This document shows, in pieces, positions 8,589-18,552 of a DNA stretch of 64,000 nucleotides. The stretch is from Christensenellales bacterium (GTDB taxonomy: Bacteria > Bacillota > Clostridia > Christensenellales > CAG-917), in assembly GCA_045130665.1 (NCBI GenBank), contig JBGUQC010000004.1:206089-270088 (forward strand), written 5' to 3'. Positions within the stretch are counted from its first letter, which is position 1. Each line of letters starts with the position of its first letter. Both the position numbers and the translations under genes were made by a program. Below the pieces are notes generated by a model, which saw only the letters and a list, made by a program, of their open reading frames with translations, was not told where the DNA came from and searched no databases.

Positions 8589-9239
8589 TTATTCTTCAAC
8601 AACTGGAATTTGTATAAGATTACAGAATTTAATAATATTCTTATTTGATGTATGAACAGTACAAGATTTATCTATAGATGTGAACCCTATTTTTAGAACA
8701 CTATTTGGAATTGTAATGCTTGTTAAGAATGTACAGCCACTAAATGCACCTTCAGCAATCTTTTTAACACCATCTTCAATAACTACATTCGTTAAAGATG
8801 TACAACCACTAAATGCACCTAATCCTATGACCTTAACACTACCTGGAATTGTAATACTCTCTATAGATGAACAATTTTGGAATGCAAATTTATCTAATAC
8901 CTTTACACTATCTGGAATAACCACATCTACTAAAGATGAACAACCTGCAAAAGCTGAATGTCCTATTGTTTTTACACTATTTGGAATAGAAACACTCTCT
9001 AAAGTTGTTAAGCAAGGGAAAGCCTCTTTACCTATTACTTTTAATCCATCTGAAATTTTTAAATTCTTTACTGCATCACAATTAAGTAAGGCAAATTTTT
9101 TAACTGTTTTAACATTGCCGGATATTGTAATATCACTTAGTGTATCTTTAGACCATTCTTTGCCACAGACTGGACACTTCCCAGAACCAATTTCTACATC
9201 TGCACCACAAGTTGGACATTTAATTAAAATATCTTTCAT
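8589..9239 (-). CDS. Leucine-rich repeat (BspA/LRR_5-type) protein with N-terminal zinc ribbon
   Basis: CPTCG..x..CPVCG, then about 6 units of IPxSVKxIGxxAFxGCxSL. No signal peptide. SD GAGGGAG. Confidence 0.8.
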   Translation of the reverse strand: MKDILIKCPTCGADVEIGSGKCPVCGKEWSKDTLSDITISGNVKTVKKFALLNCDAVKNLKISDGLKVIGKEAFPCLTTLESVSIPNSVKTIGHSAFAGCSSLVDVVIPDSVKVLDKFAFQNCSSIESITIPGSVKVIGLGAFSGCTSLTNVVIEDGVKKIAEGAFSGCTFLTSITIPNSVLKIGFTSIDKSCTVHTSNKNIIKFCNLIQIPVVEE

Positions 9240-9320
9240 AATAACTTATTACTCCCTCAAAATATTATTTTTATAATATAATTCTACTTTCTTTTATTAT
9301 CTTAATGCAAGATAGGAAAT

Positions 9321-9348
9321 AAAAAATCCACCTATTTCTAGATGGATC
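9321..9348 (-). terminator. Rho-independent terminator after tRNA-Leu (copy B of the duplicated terminator)
   Basis: Minus strand: ATCCATCTAgaaaTAGGTGGAT followed by TTTTTT. Confidence 0.7.
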
Positions 9349-9352
9349 TTTT

Positions 9353-9436
9353 TGGTGCGGTCACCGGGACTTGAACCCGGAAGTCTAGGACATACGCCCC
9401 TCAAACGTACGCGTTTGCCAGTTCCGCCATGACCGC
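9353..9436 (-). tRNA. tRNA-Leu (anticodon GAG), encoded CCA
   Basis: Hand-folded: acceptor GCGGTCA/TGACCGC, anticodon stem TACGT/GCGTA with loop TTGAGGG, long variable arm, T-arm CCGGG-TTCAAGT-CCCGG, discriminator A. Confidence 0.9.
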
Positions 9437-9556
9437 TTGCCCGTGTATTATAATTCTTTAATTTATTAATAGTCAAGAACAAATCTAAATTTTCACTCCC
9501 TTGTTTGACTTTCAAATAAAATAACCCATATACTTACTATATAAAAGGAGCAAATA

Positions 9557-10246
9557 ATGCAAACAATAGCAATTTTTGAAAAACCAGATAGAATATCTAA
9601 TAAAAAAGTCCATGATATCCTCGTTGGAATATTGACTTTTATTCTTGCTCCTGTTGTAAATATTGCAGTTATAAACTCTGGTAAAGAAAGCGCTCTTTAT
9701 AATTCCCTATCTAGACTTGCTTGGCCAGAAGGTTTGTTATGGCTTATCTATATTTGGGGTTTAATTAACACATCAATATTTTTATATGTCACTATTCTTA
9801 TTAATAAGTCCGCAGGTTATAACAAGAAATGGAGAAAAGCATTTATCGCTATTCCTCTCGTTTCCCTATTCCTTATGACTGTTGGTATTTCAATACCATC
9901 CTATGGGGATCGTGGGGATTACTATAATATGCTTAGAACTATCCACACTTCTATTTCTTGTGTTGGATTCTTTGGTTTCTTTGTAGCTATCTTAATAATA
10001 ATGGGTACATTGTGGACTAAATATAAAAAGCAAGCTTTGATATTATCTCTGCTTGCTGCATTTACTGTAATTATAGGAGTATTCTCCTTGACTTGTATTT
10101 ATGATCCTGCATCTTATTGCACTATATCTGCACCAGCACAAATCATTATCTTCTGTATGTATCATGTAGATGTAGGTATAACTTACTACACTTTATCTTT
10201 AAAAGATAAAAAAGATGAGGACGAAGAATATAATACCTTCGCTTAA
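9557..10246 (+). CDS. Polytopic membrane protein, unknown function
   Basis: 229 aa, about 6 hydrophobic spans, SD AAGGAG, acidic C-terminal tail. Confidence 0.55.
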   Translation: MQTIAIFEKPDRISNKKVHDILVGILTFILAPVVNIAVINSGKESALYNSLSRLAWPEGLLWLIYIWGLINTSIFLYVTILINKSAGYNKKWRKAFIAIPLVSLFLMTVGISIPSYGDRGDYYNMLRTIHTSISCVGFFGFFVAILIIMGTLWTKYKKQALILSLLAAFTVIIGVFSLTCIYDPASYCTISAPAQIIIFCMYHVDVGITYYTLSLKDKKDEDEEYNTFA

Positions 10247-10689
10247 TCCTCAATTAGTTTTCTCTTTTTGTCGTTAATGAGGCTAATACTGTCTGCAAGT
10301 ACTTTCTCTACATTTTCTAAGATTTGGTATGAAAGCGCACGGGATTCATAATCCTTTCTTCTGTAATTCTCCTCTGCTTCCTCTCTCATGGCTCTTGCAT
10401 CTTCTGTTGCTTGCTTAATTATCTCTGTTTGAGATATGGCTAGTCTTGCCTTTTCATTTGCATCTGCCATAACACCATCTGCATATCCTTTAGCATCAGA
10501 TAAAATCTTCTCTTCATTCTCTTTAATGCCTCTTGCCTCGTTAATAACTTGAGGTAAAGAATTTCTCATTCTAGAAATTAATTCAAGCAATCTGTTCTTG
10601 TCCATCATGATGTCAGATGAGAATGTTGCTTTCTTGGCTTTATGTACCTCAGTTTCTAATTCGTTTAATAACATGTCTAGTGTATCCAT
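10243..10689 (-). CDS. Coiled-coil protein, unknown function
   Basis: 148 aa, charged heptad-like sequence; 2 nt downstream of the RsmD-CoaD gene. Confidence 0.5.
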   Translation of the reverse strand: MDTLDMLLNELETEVHKAKKATFSSDIMMDKNRLLELISRMRNSLPQVINEARGIKENEEKILSDAKGYADGVMADANEKARLAISQTEIIKQATEDARAMREEAEENYRRKDYESRALSYQILENVEKVLADSISLINDKKRKLIED

Positions 10690-10691
10690 AA

Positions 10692-11708
10692 TTACTTCCT
10701 TTCCATTATGTTCTTAATTGTCTCTATTGCAGATGGAACTATTCCATCATAAATTCCCTTTTGTATATTTTCTCTGGATTCAGTAGATGAAAACTTCTTC
10801 ATTGGCTCTGGTACATCTATAAACACAGTCTTAGCACCACCATGCTCTAAATTGTACTTCTCCATCTCTTTCTCATATGATGCATCCTTTTCATTTCTAA
10901 TGGCTCTAATAAGCGCTTTGGCTCTAAGCTCATTATATACCTCTACAGCATCTTTTTCAGAGAATATAACTTGTACTCTTTTTGCCTTTTTCCCTAATTC
11001 TAATAGGCTCTTTTCAATTATTTGCACCCTTTCATCTGGGCTAAATAAATACTTCTTTTCTGGGTTAATTAAACACGCAACATATACTTTGTCATAGTGC
11101 TCTAGTGCGCCTTCTAATATCGCTAAATGTCCTCTTGTAAATGGGTCAAAAGAACCAGTCATTATACCCACACTTACCTTGTATATGAAGTTGAATGTAA
11201 TGTTCCCCATTTCTTTTTCTTTGTTAACATAATTGCCAGGTAAGTTAATATTTAACTTCTCCTTTGTATCATGCTCGAAGCAAAGAACACCGTCTTCTTC
11301 TAGTAAATCATTCTCTATAATATATCTAACAGCTCTTGGCCCTAGCTCACAATGATATGGTGCATCTATAAAGATAACATCAAAAGGATTTCTCTGAGAT
11401 TGCAAGAATAAGGAATAGTCTGCCTTAACAACCTTTATATTCCCCTCCATCTTGCTTAAATTCTTATTTATAAGCGCAATAGAATCTGGATGGTTGTCAA
11501 CAAAGACTACCTCATCTGCTCCTCTGGATAATGCTTCAATACCTAAATTACCAGTACCAGCAAATAAATCTAATACCCTGGCACCTTCTAGGTATCCTTG
11601 GATTATGTTGAAAACAGTTTCCTTAATTCTGTCCATTGTAGGACGGATTCTGTCATCCTTAGGAATGTTTATAACCCTTCCTCTGTATTTTCCAGCAATA
11701 ACCCTCAT
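10692..11708 (-). CDS. rsmD-coaD: Fusion: 16S rRNA m2G966 methyltransferase RsmD + phosphopantetheine adenylyltransferase CoaD
   Basis: N-terminal half: RPTMDRIKE, DLFAGTGNLGIEALSRGA, DAPY. C-terminal half: TGSFDPFTRGHL, ISTESR-like SSTESR. Single uninterrupted frame. Confidence 0.85.
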   Translation of the reverse strand: MRVIAGKYRGRVINIPKDDRIRPTMDRIKETVFNIIQGYLEGARVLDLFAGTGNLGIEALSRGADEVVFVDNHPDSIALINKNLSKMEGNIKVVKADYSLFLQSQRNPFDVIFIDAPYHCELGPRAVRYIIENDLLEEDGVLCFEHDTKEKLNINLPGNYVNKEKEMGNITFNFIYKVSVGIMTGSFDPFTRGHLAILEGALEHYDKVYVACLINPEKKYLFSPDERVQIIEKSLLELGKKAKRVQVIFSEKDAVEVYNELRAKALIRAIRNEKDASYEKEMEKYNLEHGGAKTVFIDVPEPMKKFSSTESRENIQKGIYDGIVPSAIETIKNIMERK

Positions 11709-12292
11709 TCCATGTCTCCTAACATATCATTGTCAATTATTACACCATCGTTGAAAATTACTCTCTTTTCAGTAATGATCATGTCCATCTTAACGTCATG
11801 AGGTTCAATTGGTATCTTATCAAACCCTTGTACATCAAAGGCTATACCAATCTTCTTGCATGGATAGTCCACAAAGAAGTTGTCGTAAAACGCTTTTCCC
11901 TTGCCTAATCTGTTCAATTCATTGTCAAAAGCAAGTAATGGCGTTATAGACAAGTCTATAAATGGAGCTACATGCCCTTTTGCAGGCGTTAAAATGCCGT
12001 AAGAATCCTTTCCAAAGTCAGTGTAAGGTGAAATTATTATTGGCTTCATAGAACCGTCTGTGTAGATTTTAGGGACGCATACGGTCTTTTCAAGTGCTAA
12101 ACATAGACCAATTAAATCATATGTGCTTGGTTCACAATCTAAATTCATGTAAATGCAAATAGTTTTTGCACTCTTAAATACCTTGCTAGATATTAACTCG
12201 TCTATTATTGCTTGCGATGCCCATTCTTTCTGAGATTGGGATAGCTTTCTTATAGCTTCCCAAGCTTTAGCCCTACACTCACTTTTGTTCAT
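11705..12292 (-). CDS. 5-formyltetrahydrofolate cyclo-ligase
   Basis: 195 aa; pattern ...DLSITPLLAFDNELNRLGKGKAFYD is typical of the MTHFS family. Confidence 0.75.
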   Translation of the reverse strand: MNKSECRAKAWEAIRKLSQSQKEWASQAIIDELISSKVFKSAKTICIYMNLDCEPSTYDLIGLCLALEKTVCVPKIYTDGSMKPIIISPYTDFGKDSYGILTPAKGHVAPFIDLSITPLLAFDNELNRLGKGKAFYDNFFVDYPCKKIGIAFDVQGFDKIPIEPHDVKMDMIITEKRVIFNDGVIIDNDMLGDME

Positions 12293-12675
12293 TACTTAAG
12301 TAATTCCTCTGCTTCTTTAATTTTTTCTGTCTTTATAAGTATTAGTGCTTTGCCACTATCCTTTGAGTATGAATATACGTACTCAATGTCAATGTTGTTT
12401 TGTGCAAGCTTGTCTAATACTTTTGCTAAATCCCCTGCTTCATTTTGAACTTCAACACCAACTAAACTTGTTAATGTGGAAAGAAAACCCTTTGAAGATA
12501 AAATCTTTTGAGCTTTTTCATTGTCTGAAGTGAGCATTCTTACAATGCCATACTCTGTTGTATCTGCAATATTTAAACTTTCAATGTTGATACCTGCATC
12601 ACCTAATGTCTTAACAATTGGTAATAATTTGCCTACATCATTTTGTGAATATACTGCTAATTGATTAATAATCAT
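12292..12675 (-). CDS. ACT domain-containing (amino-acid-binding) protein
   Basis: 127 aa, two ACT-like beta-alpha-beta-beta-alpha-beta halves; usual partner of paaK/iorAB clusters. Confidence 0.7.
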   Translation of the reverse strand: MIINQLAVYSQNDVGKLLPIVKTLGDAGINIESLNIADTTEYGIVRMLTSDNEKAQKILSSKGFLSTLTSLVGVEVQNEAGDLAKVLDKLAQNNIDIEYVYSYSKDSGKALILIKTEKIKEAEELLK

Positions 12676-12688
12676 TGTCTCTCCCTCC

Positions 12689-13999
12689 TTAGTCTAGTTT
12701 TCTGTTGTCTATAGTTCTCTTTGTTTTGCCCTCGGATAAAGGAACTTCACCTGGTGCACAAAGTGTAATTTTTGCTGCAATACCAATTGCACTTGTAACT
12801 TCGTGGTCTACCTTCTTTCTAAGCTTTTCAACATCCTTAATTTGGTCACTGAAGTAATCTGGATTCATCTCAACTTTAATCTCAAGTGTGTCTAAGATTC
12901 CAACTCTATCTACAACTAATAAATAGTGTGAACCATTTAACTCTTCTATCTTTGTTAAAGCACTCTCAATTTGAGATGGGAATACGTTAACACCACGGAT
13001 AATAAGCATATCGTCTGTTCTTCCAGTTACTCTGCTCATTCTACAAAGTGTTCTTCCACAAATTGGACAAACCTCATGTGTAATGGAACAAAGATCTCTT
13101 GTTCTGTATCTAATGAGTGGTAAGCCTTGCTTTCTAAGTGTTGTAAATACTAATTCACCTTTAACACCATCTGGTACTGGCTCAAGTGTGTCTGGATCTA
13201 AAACTTCTGGGTAGAATAAGTCTTCTTCAACGTGCATATCCTCACCACCACAGTTCATAGAAACACCAGGACCACTAATCTCACTAAGACCATAAATATC
13301 ATATGCCTTAAGGTGTAATTTTTCCTCGATTTGCTCTTTCATACCTTGTGTCCAAGGTTCTGCTCCAAATACACCAACTCTTAGTTTAAAGTCTTCTATG
13401 TTGTATTCATCGCTCTTTTCTATAGCTTCTGCGAGGAACATTGCATAAGATGGAGTACAGCAAAGTACTGTTGCACCAAGGTCTCTCATTAACTGTAATT
13501 GTCTGTTTGTATTACCTGTAGAACAAGGTATTACAGCACAACCCATTAACTCTCCACCATAGTGTGCACCAAGACCACCTGTAAATAATCCGTAACCATA
13601 AGAAATGTGTAAGATGTCATTCTTTGTTACGCCTGCAATTGCTAGAGATCTTGCAAATGCTTCTGTCCAGTCATCTAAGTCTCTTTGTGTTAAAGCAACA
13701 ACTGTAAGCTTTCCTGTTGTGCCTGAACTTGCATGAATTCTTACAATATCAGACATAGGAGATGCAACGAATCCGTATGGATAACTTGCTCTTAAGTCGT
13801 GCTTTGTTGTGAATGGTAACTTTGTGATGTCAGCAATAGACTTAATGTCTTCTGGCTTCACTCCTGCTTCATCCATCTTTTGTCTGTACAAAGCTTGGTT
13901 TTCGTAAACATATTTAATTTCGGCCACAAGTCTTTCACTTTGTAGTTTGGTCATGTCTTCTCTAGACATAGTTTCAATTTCTTTTCTGAAATATTCCAT
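12689..13999 (-). CDS. paaK: Phenylacetate-CoA ligase family (arylacetate-CoA ligase)
   Basis: AMP-binding motif SSGTTGK; 436 aa; PaaK-like N-terminus (MSREDMTKLQSERL). Confidence 0.85.
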   Translation of the reverse strand: MEYFRKEIETMSREDMTKLQSERLVAEIKYVYENQALYRQKMDEAGVKPEDIKSIADITKLPFTTKHDLRASYPYGFVASPMSDIVRIHASSGTTGKLTVVALTQRDLDDWTEAFARSLAIAGVTKNDILHISYGYGLFTGGLGAHYGGELMGCAVIPCSTGNTNRQLQLMRDLGATVLCCTPSYAMFLAEAIEKSDEYNIEDFKLRVGVFGAEPWTQGMKEQIEEKLHLKAYDIYGLSEISGPGVSMNCGGEDMHVEEDLFYPEVLDPDTLEPVPDGVKGELVFTTLRKQGLPLIRYRTRDLCSITHEVCPICGRTLCRMSRVTGRTDDMLIIRGVNVFPSQIESALTKIEELNGSHYLLVVDRVGILDTLEIKVEMNPDYFSDQIKDVEKLRKKVDHEVTSAIGIAAKITLCAPGEVPLSEGKTKRTIDNRKLD

Positions 14000-14009
14000 T
14001 TTTGCTCCT

Positions 14010-14576
14010 TTATAAATTGTAGCCTCTTTCTAATGCCTTTCTGTTGAGTTCGTATAAGGCTGGTTTTATTGTCTTTTTAAGTGCACTGTCTATCTCTTCG
14101 AAAGATAATCCTAATTGCTTTGCAAGTGCGCCAATCATGATAACGTTTACGCACTTAACTGAACCAATCTCGTTTGCAATGTCTAATGCATCAACTGCAA
14201 CTACGTTGCATCTTGCTTTTAGTTCATCAATAATGTTGTTTGGATACTCTCTTGCGCCAATAATAACTGGCATAGGCATAATCTTTTGTGTGTTAACAAC
14301 AATTACGCCACCTTTTTTAAGATAGTTTGTGTATCTAATAGCTTCTAATTGCTCGAAAGCTAATATAATGTCTGCATCGTTTAATCCAATGATAGGAGAT
14401 AATACCTTGTCTGCAATCTTAACATTGGTTACAACAGATCCTCCTCTTTGAGACATACCATGTACTTCACTTAACTTACAATCTAAATTCTTGTCTACTG
14501 CAAGTTGTCCTAAAATTCTAGATGCTAATAATGTTCCTTGGCCTCCAACGCCAACAATTAATATATTCTTATTCAT
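14010..14576 (-). CDS. iorB: Indolepyruvate:ferredoxin oxidoreductase subunit beta
   Basis: ILIVGVGGQGTLLASRILG; 188 aa; 1-nt overlap with iorA. Confidence 0.85.
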   Translation of the reverse strand: MNKNILIVGVGGQGTLLASRILGQLAVDKNLDCKLSEVHGMSQRGGSVVTNVKIADKVLSPIIGLNDADIILAFEQLEAIRYTNYLKKGGVIVVNTQKIMPMPVIIGAREYPNNIIDELKARCNVVAVDALDIANEIGSVKCVNVIMIGALAKQLGLSFEEIDSALKKTIKPALYELNRKALERGYNL

Positions 14577-16306
14577 TATTGTTCGCCTCCTTGGATAGCA
14601 TTAAATTTGCAAAGTTGCTTGCAAACTCCACATCCTACACATTGTGCTGGATTAATAATTACTGAACCATCTTTTTGCTTGTTAATTGCAGGACAGCCTA
14701 TCTTTAAGCACATACCACACTTCTTGCATCCATCTATATGAAGTGCTGGTTTTGCCTTGTACGTCTTTAAGAGTGCACATGGATGCTTGCAAATAACTAC
14801 TGAAACACCATCTGTTGCTGTTGCCTCTTTAACAGCCTTTTCAACTTCTGCTAAATCATAACTATCAACAATGTGTAAATCCTTAACACCAATAGTCTTT
14901 ACTAAATCATCTAGTGGAAGAATGGATGTTTCTGTCATCTTTAATGTATAACCAGTTGCAGGATGTTGTTGATGTCCTGTCATACCAGTTGTTGAGTTGT
15001 CTAAGATAATTAAAGTAATGTTGGAATTGTTGTAAACAGCATTAACTAAGCCTGTAATACCGCTGTGAATGAATGTACTATCTCCAATAACAGCAACTGT
15101 TTTCTTGCTTTGTTCTCTGCCTCTTGCTTTTTCAAAACCATGAGCAATTCCAATAGATGCACCCATACAAACAACAGAATCCACAGCAGATAATGGTGCA
15201 ACAGCACCTAATGTGTAACAACCAATGTCTGCAGATACTGTAAGCTTAAGTTTAGAAAGAATATAGAAGACTCCTCTATGTGGGCATCCTGCACACATAA
15301 CTGGAGGACGAATAGGTAAGTCTATCTTTTCAACATCAGGCTTAATTCCTAAAATCTTTTCCTTGATTAAAGATACAGAATACTCACCTTGAAGTGTGAA
15401 TAGGTTCTTTCCTTCACATTCAATACCATTAGCTTTAAGTTGGTTTTCAAAGAATGGTTCAAGCTCTTCAATAACAATAAGCTTATCTACCTTCTTAGCA
15501 AATTCTCTTATTTGCTCAATGGCTACTGGATATACCATTCCAAGCTTAAATATACTTGCATCTTGTAGTGCTTCTCTTACGTATTGGTAAACAATACCAG
15601 AACATACAACACCTAATTTTTTATCTCTAATTTCAACTTTATTGAACGAAACGCCAGCATTAACCTCGGCTTTGAGTCTGTTTTCTCTATCCTCAACCTT
15701 TACGTGTCTACCAATTGCACTGCTTGGCATCATGGTATATTTGGTAATGTCTTTAACATACTCTTTGTTTGGTAACTCTACTCTATCTTCCAACTCTACA
15801 AAGCTTTGTGAGTGTGCAAGTCTTGTAGTTGTTCTAATAAAAACAGGTGTATCATATTTCTCAGATAATTCAAAAGCAAGCTTAGTAAAGTCTTTAGCTT
15901 CTTGTGAATCGGATGGTTCTAACATTGGTATATGTGCTGCTCTTGCATAGAATCTGGAATCTTGCTCATTTTGAGATGAGTGCATTCCTGGATCATCTGC
16001 TGCAACAATAACTAACCCGCCATTTACTCCAGTATAAGCAACTGTGAATAATGGGTCTGCAGCAACATTAACTCCAACATGCTTCATGCATGCCATGGAT
16101 CTTGCGCCTGCAAAGCTTGAACCAATTGCAACTTCAACTGCAACTTTCTCGTTTGGTGCCCACTCTGCATAAACTTCATCGTACTTGGCTATAATCTCAC
16201 TGATTTCTGTACTTGGTGTTCCTGGATAAGCACTTGTAACTTTAACTCCAGCTTCATATGCACCACGTGCTATAGCCTCGTTTCCTAACATTAATTTCTT
16301 AGACAT
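14576..16306 (-). CDS. iorA: Indolepyruvate:ferredoxin oxidoreductase subunit alpha
   Basis: TPP motif GDSTFIHSG; two ferredoxin-type clusters, CKKCGMCLKIGCP and CVGCGVCKQLC. Confidence 0.9.
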   Translation of the reverse strand: MSKKLMLGNEAIARGAYEAGVKVTSAYPGTPSTEISEIIAKYDEVYAEWAPNEKVAVEVAIGSSFAGARSMACMKHVGVNVAADPLFTVAYTGVNGGLVIVAADDPGMHSSQNEQDSRFYARAAHIPMLEPSDSQEAKDFTKLAFELSEKYDTPVFIRTTTRLAHSQSFVELEDRVELPNKEYVKDITKYTMMPSSAIGRHVKVEDRENRLKAEVNAGVSFNKVEIRDKKLGVVCSGIVYQYVREALQDASIFKLGMVYPVAIEQIREFAKKVDKLIVIEELEPFFENQLKANGIECEGKNLFTLQGEYSVSLIKEKILGIKPDVEKIDLPIRPPVMCAGCPHRGVFYILSKLKLTVSADIGCYTLGAVAPLSAVDSVVCMGASIGIAHGFEKARGREQSKKTVAVIGDSTFIHSGITGLVNAVYNNSNITLIILDNSTTGMTGHQQHPATGYTLKMTETSILPLDDLVKTIGVKDLHIVDSYDLAEVEKAVKEATATDGVSVVICKHPCALLKTYKAKPALHIDGCKKCGMCLKIGCPAINKQKDGSVIINPAQCVGCGVCKQLCKFNAIQGGEQ

Positions 16307-16317
16307 ATTGTCTCCTT

Positions 16318-18552
16318 CTATCTTCCGTTACTATAGTAATTTATTAAACATCCATCTAGAATGATTTGCTTTTCGTCATTGGTTAATGGATCTATTTTTA
16401 ATTCAATCATTTTAATTGCAACAGTGTCTTCACTCTCTTGTCCCTTCTTAATAAGGGTTGCATCTAAGACACTATCTCCTCTTGCAATTTTTTCTCTAAT
16501 GTTTTCAACTAAGATATAATCCCCTATCTCAAACTCGTCATTATCGTTAATAAATGGAATCATACCCCAGTTAATTAAGTTGCTTCTGTATCTCTTTGTT
16601 GCGTATTCTCTTGCAATATTAGCGCCAGCGCCTAAGAATCTTTGACATGAAGCTGCTTGTTCTCTTGCAGAACCATCGCCTGGTTTATTTGCAAATACAA
16701 CAGAACCAATGGATACATCCTTTTCATCTAATCCTGTTGCCTTGAACATTTCACTGTTTATAATCTCTGCTTTTCCATCTCTTACAGCCTTGGAACGCTT
16801 TACATACTCTGGATCTTTACGAGACAAAGCAAACTCAGCTAGTCTTAATGGATTAGATCTATATGAACTTGTCTCTCCACTTGGAATTAATTCATCTGTT
16901 GTGGTTACTGGATCTTTAATTACAGAACAAACCTTGAGAAGTAGATTGTCTTTAAGCTCCTCAATTGCTGGAATATCTGTAATGTTTGGTCCGTAGATAA
17001 GCTCTTCTTTAGCATTTGCCTTCTTGTATCCGTTGTATACACGGCTAGCATATATCTTGTTGTCAAAATTGAACTCTTCAAAGTTCTCATCAAAGTCCAT
17101 ACCGAGTGCACTTGTTAAAATACCACCATTACAAGCTGTTGCAGCAATAGATCTTGCATCCATTAAAGCAACAGAAGCAATTTGTCCATCTGCTGGTTTA
17201 GACCCTTCTCTTCTTTCGAAGTTTCTAGTTGTATGTCTAATAGATAATCCATTATTGCATGGAACATCTCCTGCACCAAAACATGGACCACAGAAACATG
17301 GCTTAATAACTGCACCACTCTCTATTAATGAAGAAATAGAACCGCCCTTAACAAGAGATAATAATGTTGGCTCAGATCCTGGATAAACAGTTAGTGTAAA
17401 TGCACCATTGCCTATGTTCTTTCCCTTTAAGATATTTGCAGCCGTTGCAATATTGTCATATGTTCCGCCGGCACATCCAGCAATAACAGCTTGCTGTACT
17501 TGAACTTTGCCATCTTTAATCTTGTCTGTAAGCTTGAATTCACCCTTCTTTAACTTAAGAAGTTCTGTGCCCTTCTTTTCAACCTCAGATAATATCTTTT
17601 CTGGGTTAGCAATAACCTCAGCAAGTGAATATACATTGCTTGGATGGAATGGAAGTGCTATAACTGGCTCTACCTTACCTAAGTCCACAACAATACCTTT
17701 GTCATACTCTGCACCATCTTGTGGAACTAACTTCTTGTAATCACCCTTTCTGCCGTATTTATCTAAATAACTCTCAACCTTTTCATCTGTCTCCCAAATA
17801 GAAGATAAACATGCACTCTCGGTTGTCATTACATCAATACCGTTTCTATACTCAATTGGAAGCACCTTCACTCCTTCACCGAAGAACTCTAATACAGCGT
17901 TCTTTACAAAGCCACTTTCATATACAGAACCAATAATAGATAAAGCAACGTCCATAGGTCCAACACCTTTGCGAGGACATCCCTTTAATTCAATACCAAT
18001 TACCTTTGGATATGCAATGTCATATGTTCTGCTAAGCAATTGCTTTACAAGCTCTGGTCCACCTTCACCAATTGCCATTGTTCCTAATGCACCATAACGT
18101 GTATGAGAATCAGATCCAAGTATCATCTTGCCGCAACCTGCAAACATTTCTCTCATGAATGTGTGGATAACAGCAAAACTTGCTGGAACATATATACCAC
18201 CAAACTTCTTGGCACAACTAAGTCCAAAGACATGGTCGTCTTCATTAATTGTTCCGCCTACAGCACAAAGTGAATTGTGGCAGTTTGTAAGTACATATGG
18301 GATTGGGAATTCTTTAAGACCACTTGCTTTAGCAGTTTGGATAATTCCTACATATGTAATGTCATGGGATGCTAAAGCATCAAACTTAATCTTTAATGCA
18401 CTATCATTCCCAGAGTTGTGGCTAGATAAAATGGAATAAGCAATAGTCTTTTTATTGCTTGCACCTAATGGTGCACTTTTTTCAAGCTTTCCATTTACAT
18501 AGTACGCTTTTTCGTTAATTAGAGTAATTCCGTTAATCATTTCTTGCTCCAT
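16318..18552 (-). CDS. Aconitase-family hydratase (aconitate hydratase-like)
   Basis: GSDSHT, CGPCFG and RNFERREG motifs; 744 aa. Confidence 0.8.
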   Translation of the reverse strand: MEQEMINGITLINEKAYYVNGKLEKSAPLGASNKKTIAYSILSSHNSGNDSALKIKFDALASHDITYVGIIQTAKASGLKEFPIPYVLTNCHNSLCAVGGTINEDDHVFGLSCAKKFGGIYVPASFAVIHTFMREMFAGCGKMILGSDSHTRYGALGTMAIGEGGPELVKQLLSRTYDIAYPKVIGIELKGCPRKGVGPMDVALSIIGSVYESGFVKNAVLEFFGEGVKVLPIEYRNGIDVMTTESACLSSIWETDEKVESYLDKYGRKGDYKKLVPQDGAEYDKGIVVDLGKVEPVIALPFHPSNVYSLAEVIANPEKILSEVEKKGTELLKLKKGEFKLTDKIKDGKVQVQQAVIAGCAGGTYDNIATAANILKGKNIGNGAFTLTVYPGSEPTLLSLVKGGSISSLIESGAVIKPCFCGPCFGAGDVPCNNGLSIRHTTRNFERREGSKPADGQIASVALMDARSIAATACNGGILTSALGMDFDENFEEFNFDNKIYASRVYNGYKKANAKEELIYGPNITDIPAIEELKDNLLLKVCSVIKDPVTTTDELIPSGETSSYRSNPLRLAEFALSRKDPEYVKRSKAVRDGKAEIINSEMFKATGLDEKDVSIGSVVFANKPGDGSAREQAASCQRFLGAGANIAREYATKRYRSNLINWGMIPFINDNDEFEIGDYILVENIREKIARGDSVLDATLIKKGQESEDTVAIKMIELKIDPLTNDEKQIILDGCLINYYSNGR

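Noticed and set aside
8680-9276. 198-aa plus-strand ORF
   Set aside because: It is fully antisense to the LRR gene. Its sequence mirrors the LRR periodicity, it has no SD, and the minus-strand product has clear LRR and zinc-ribbon motifs. It is a shadow ORF.
1-9352. Integrated mobile element at the 3' side of tRNA-Leu(GAG), and likewise right of tRNA-Leu(CAA)
   Set aside because: I found no integrase, recombinase or transposase gene and no partial tRNA 3'-end direct repeat (att). Only the 20-nt terminator duplication around the LRR gene is present.
9297-9515. 72-aa ORF (and likewise 42613..42873, 86 aa)
   Set aside because: Each overlaps a well-folded tRNA-Leu gene and its terminator. The ORFs arise from GC-rich tRNA sequence lacking stops.
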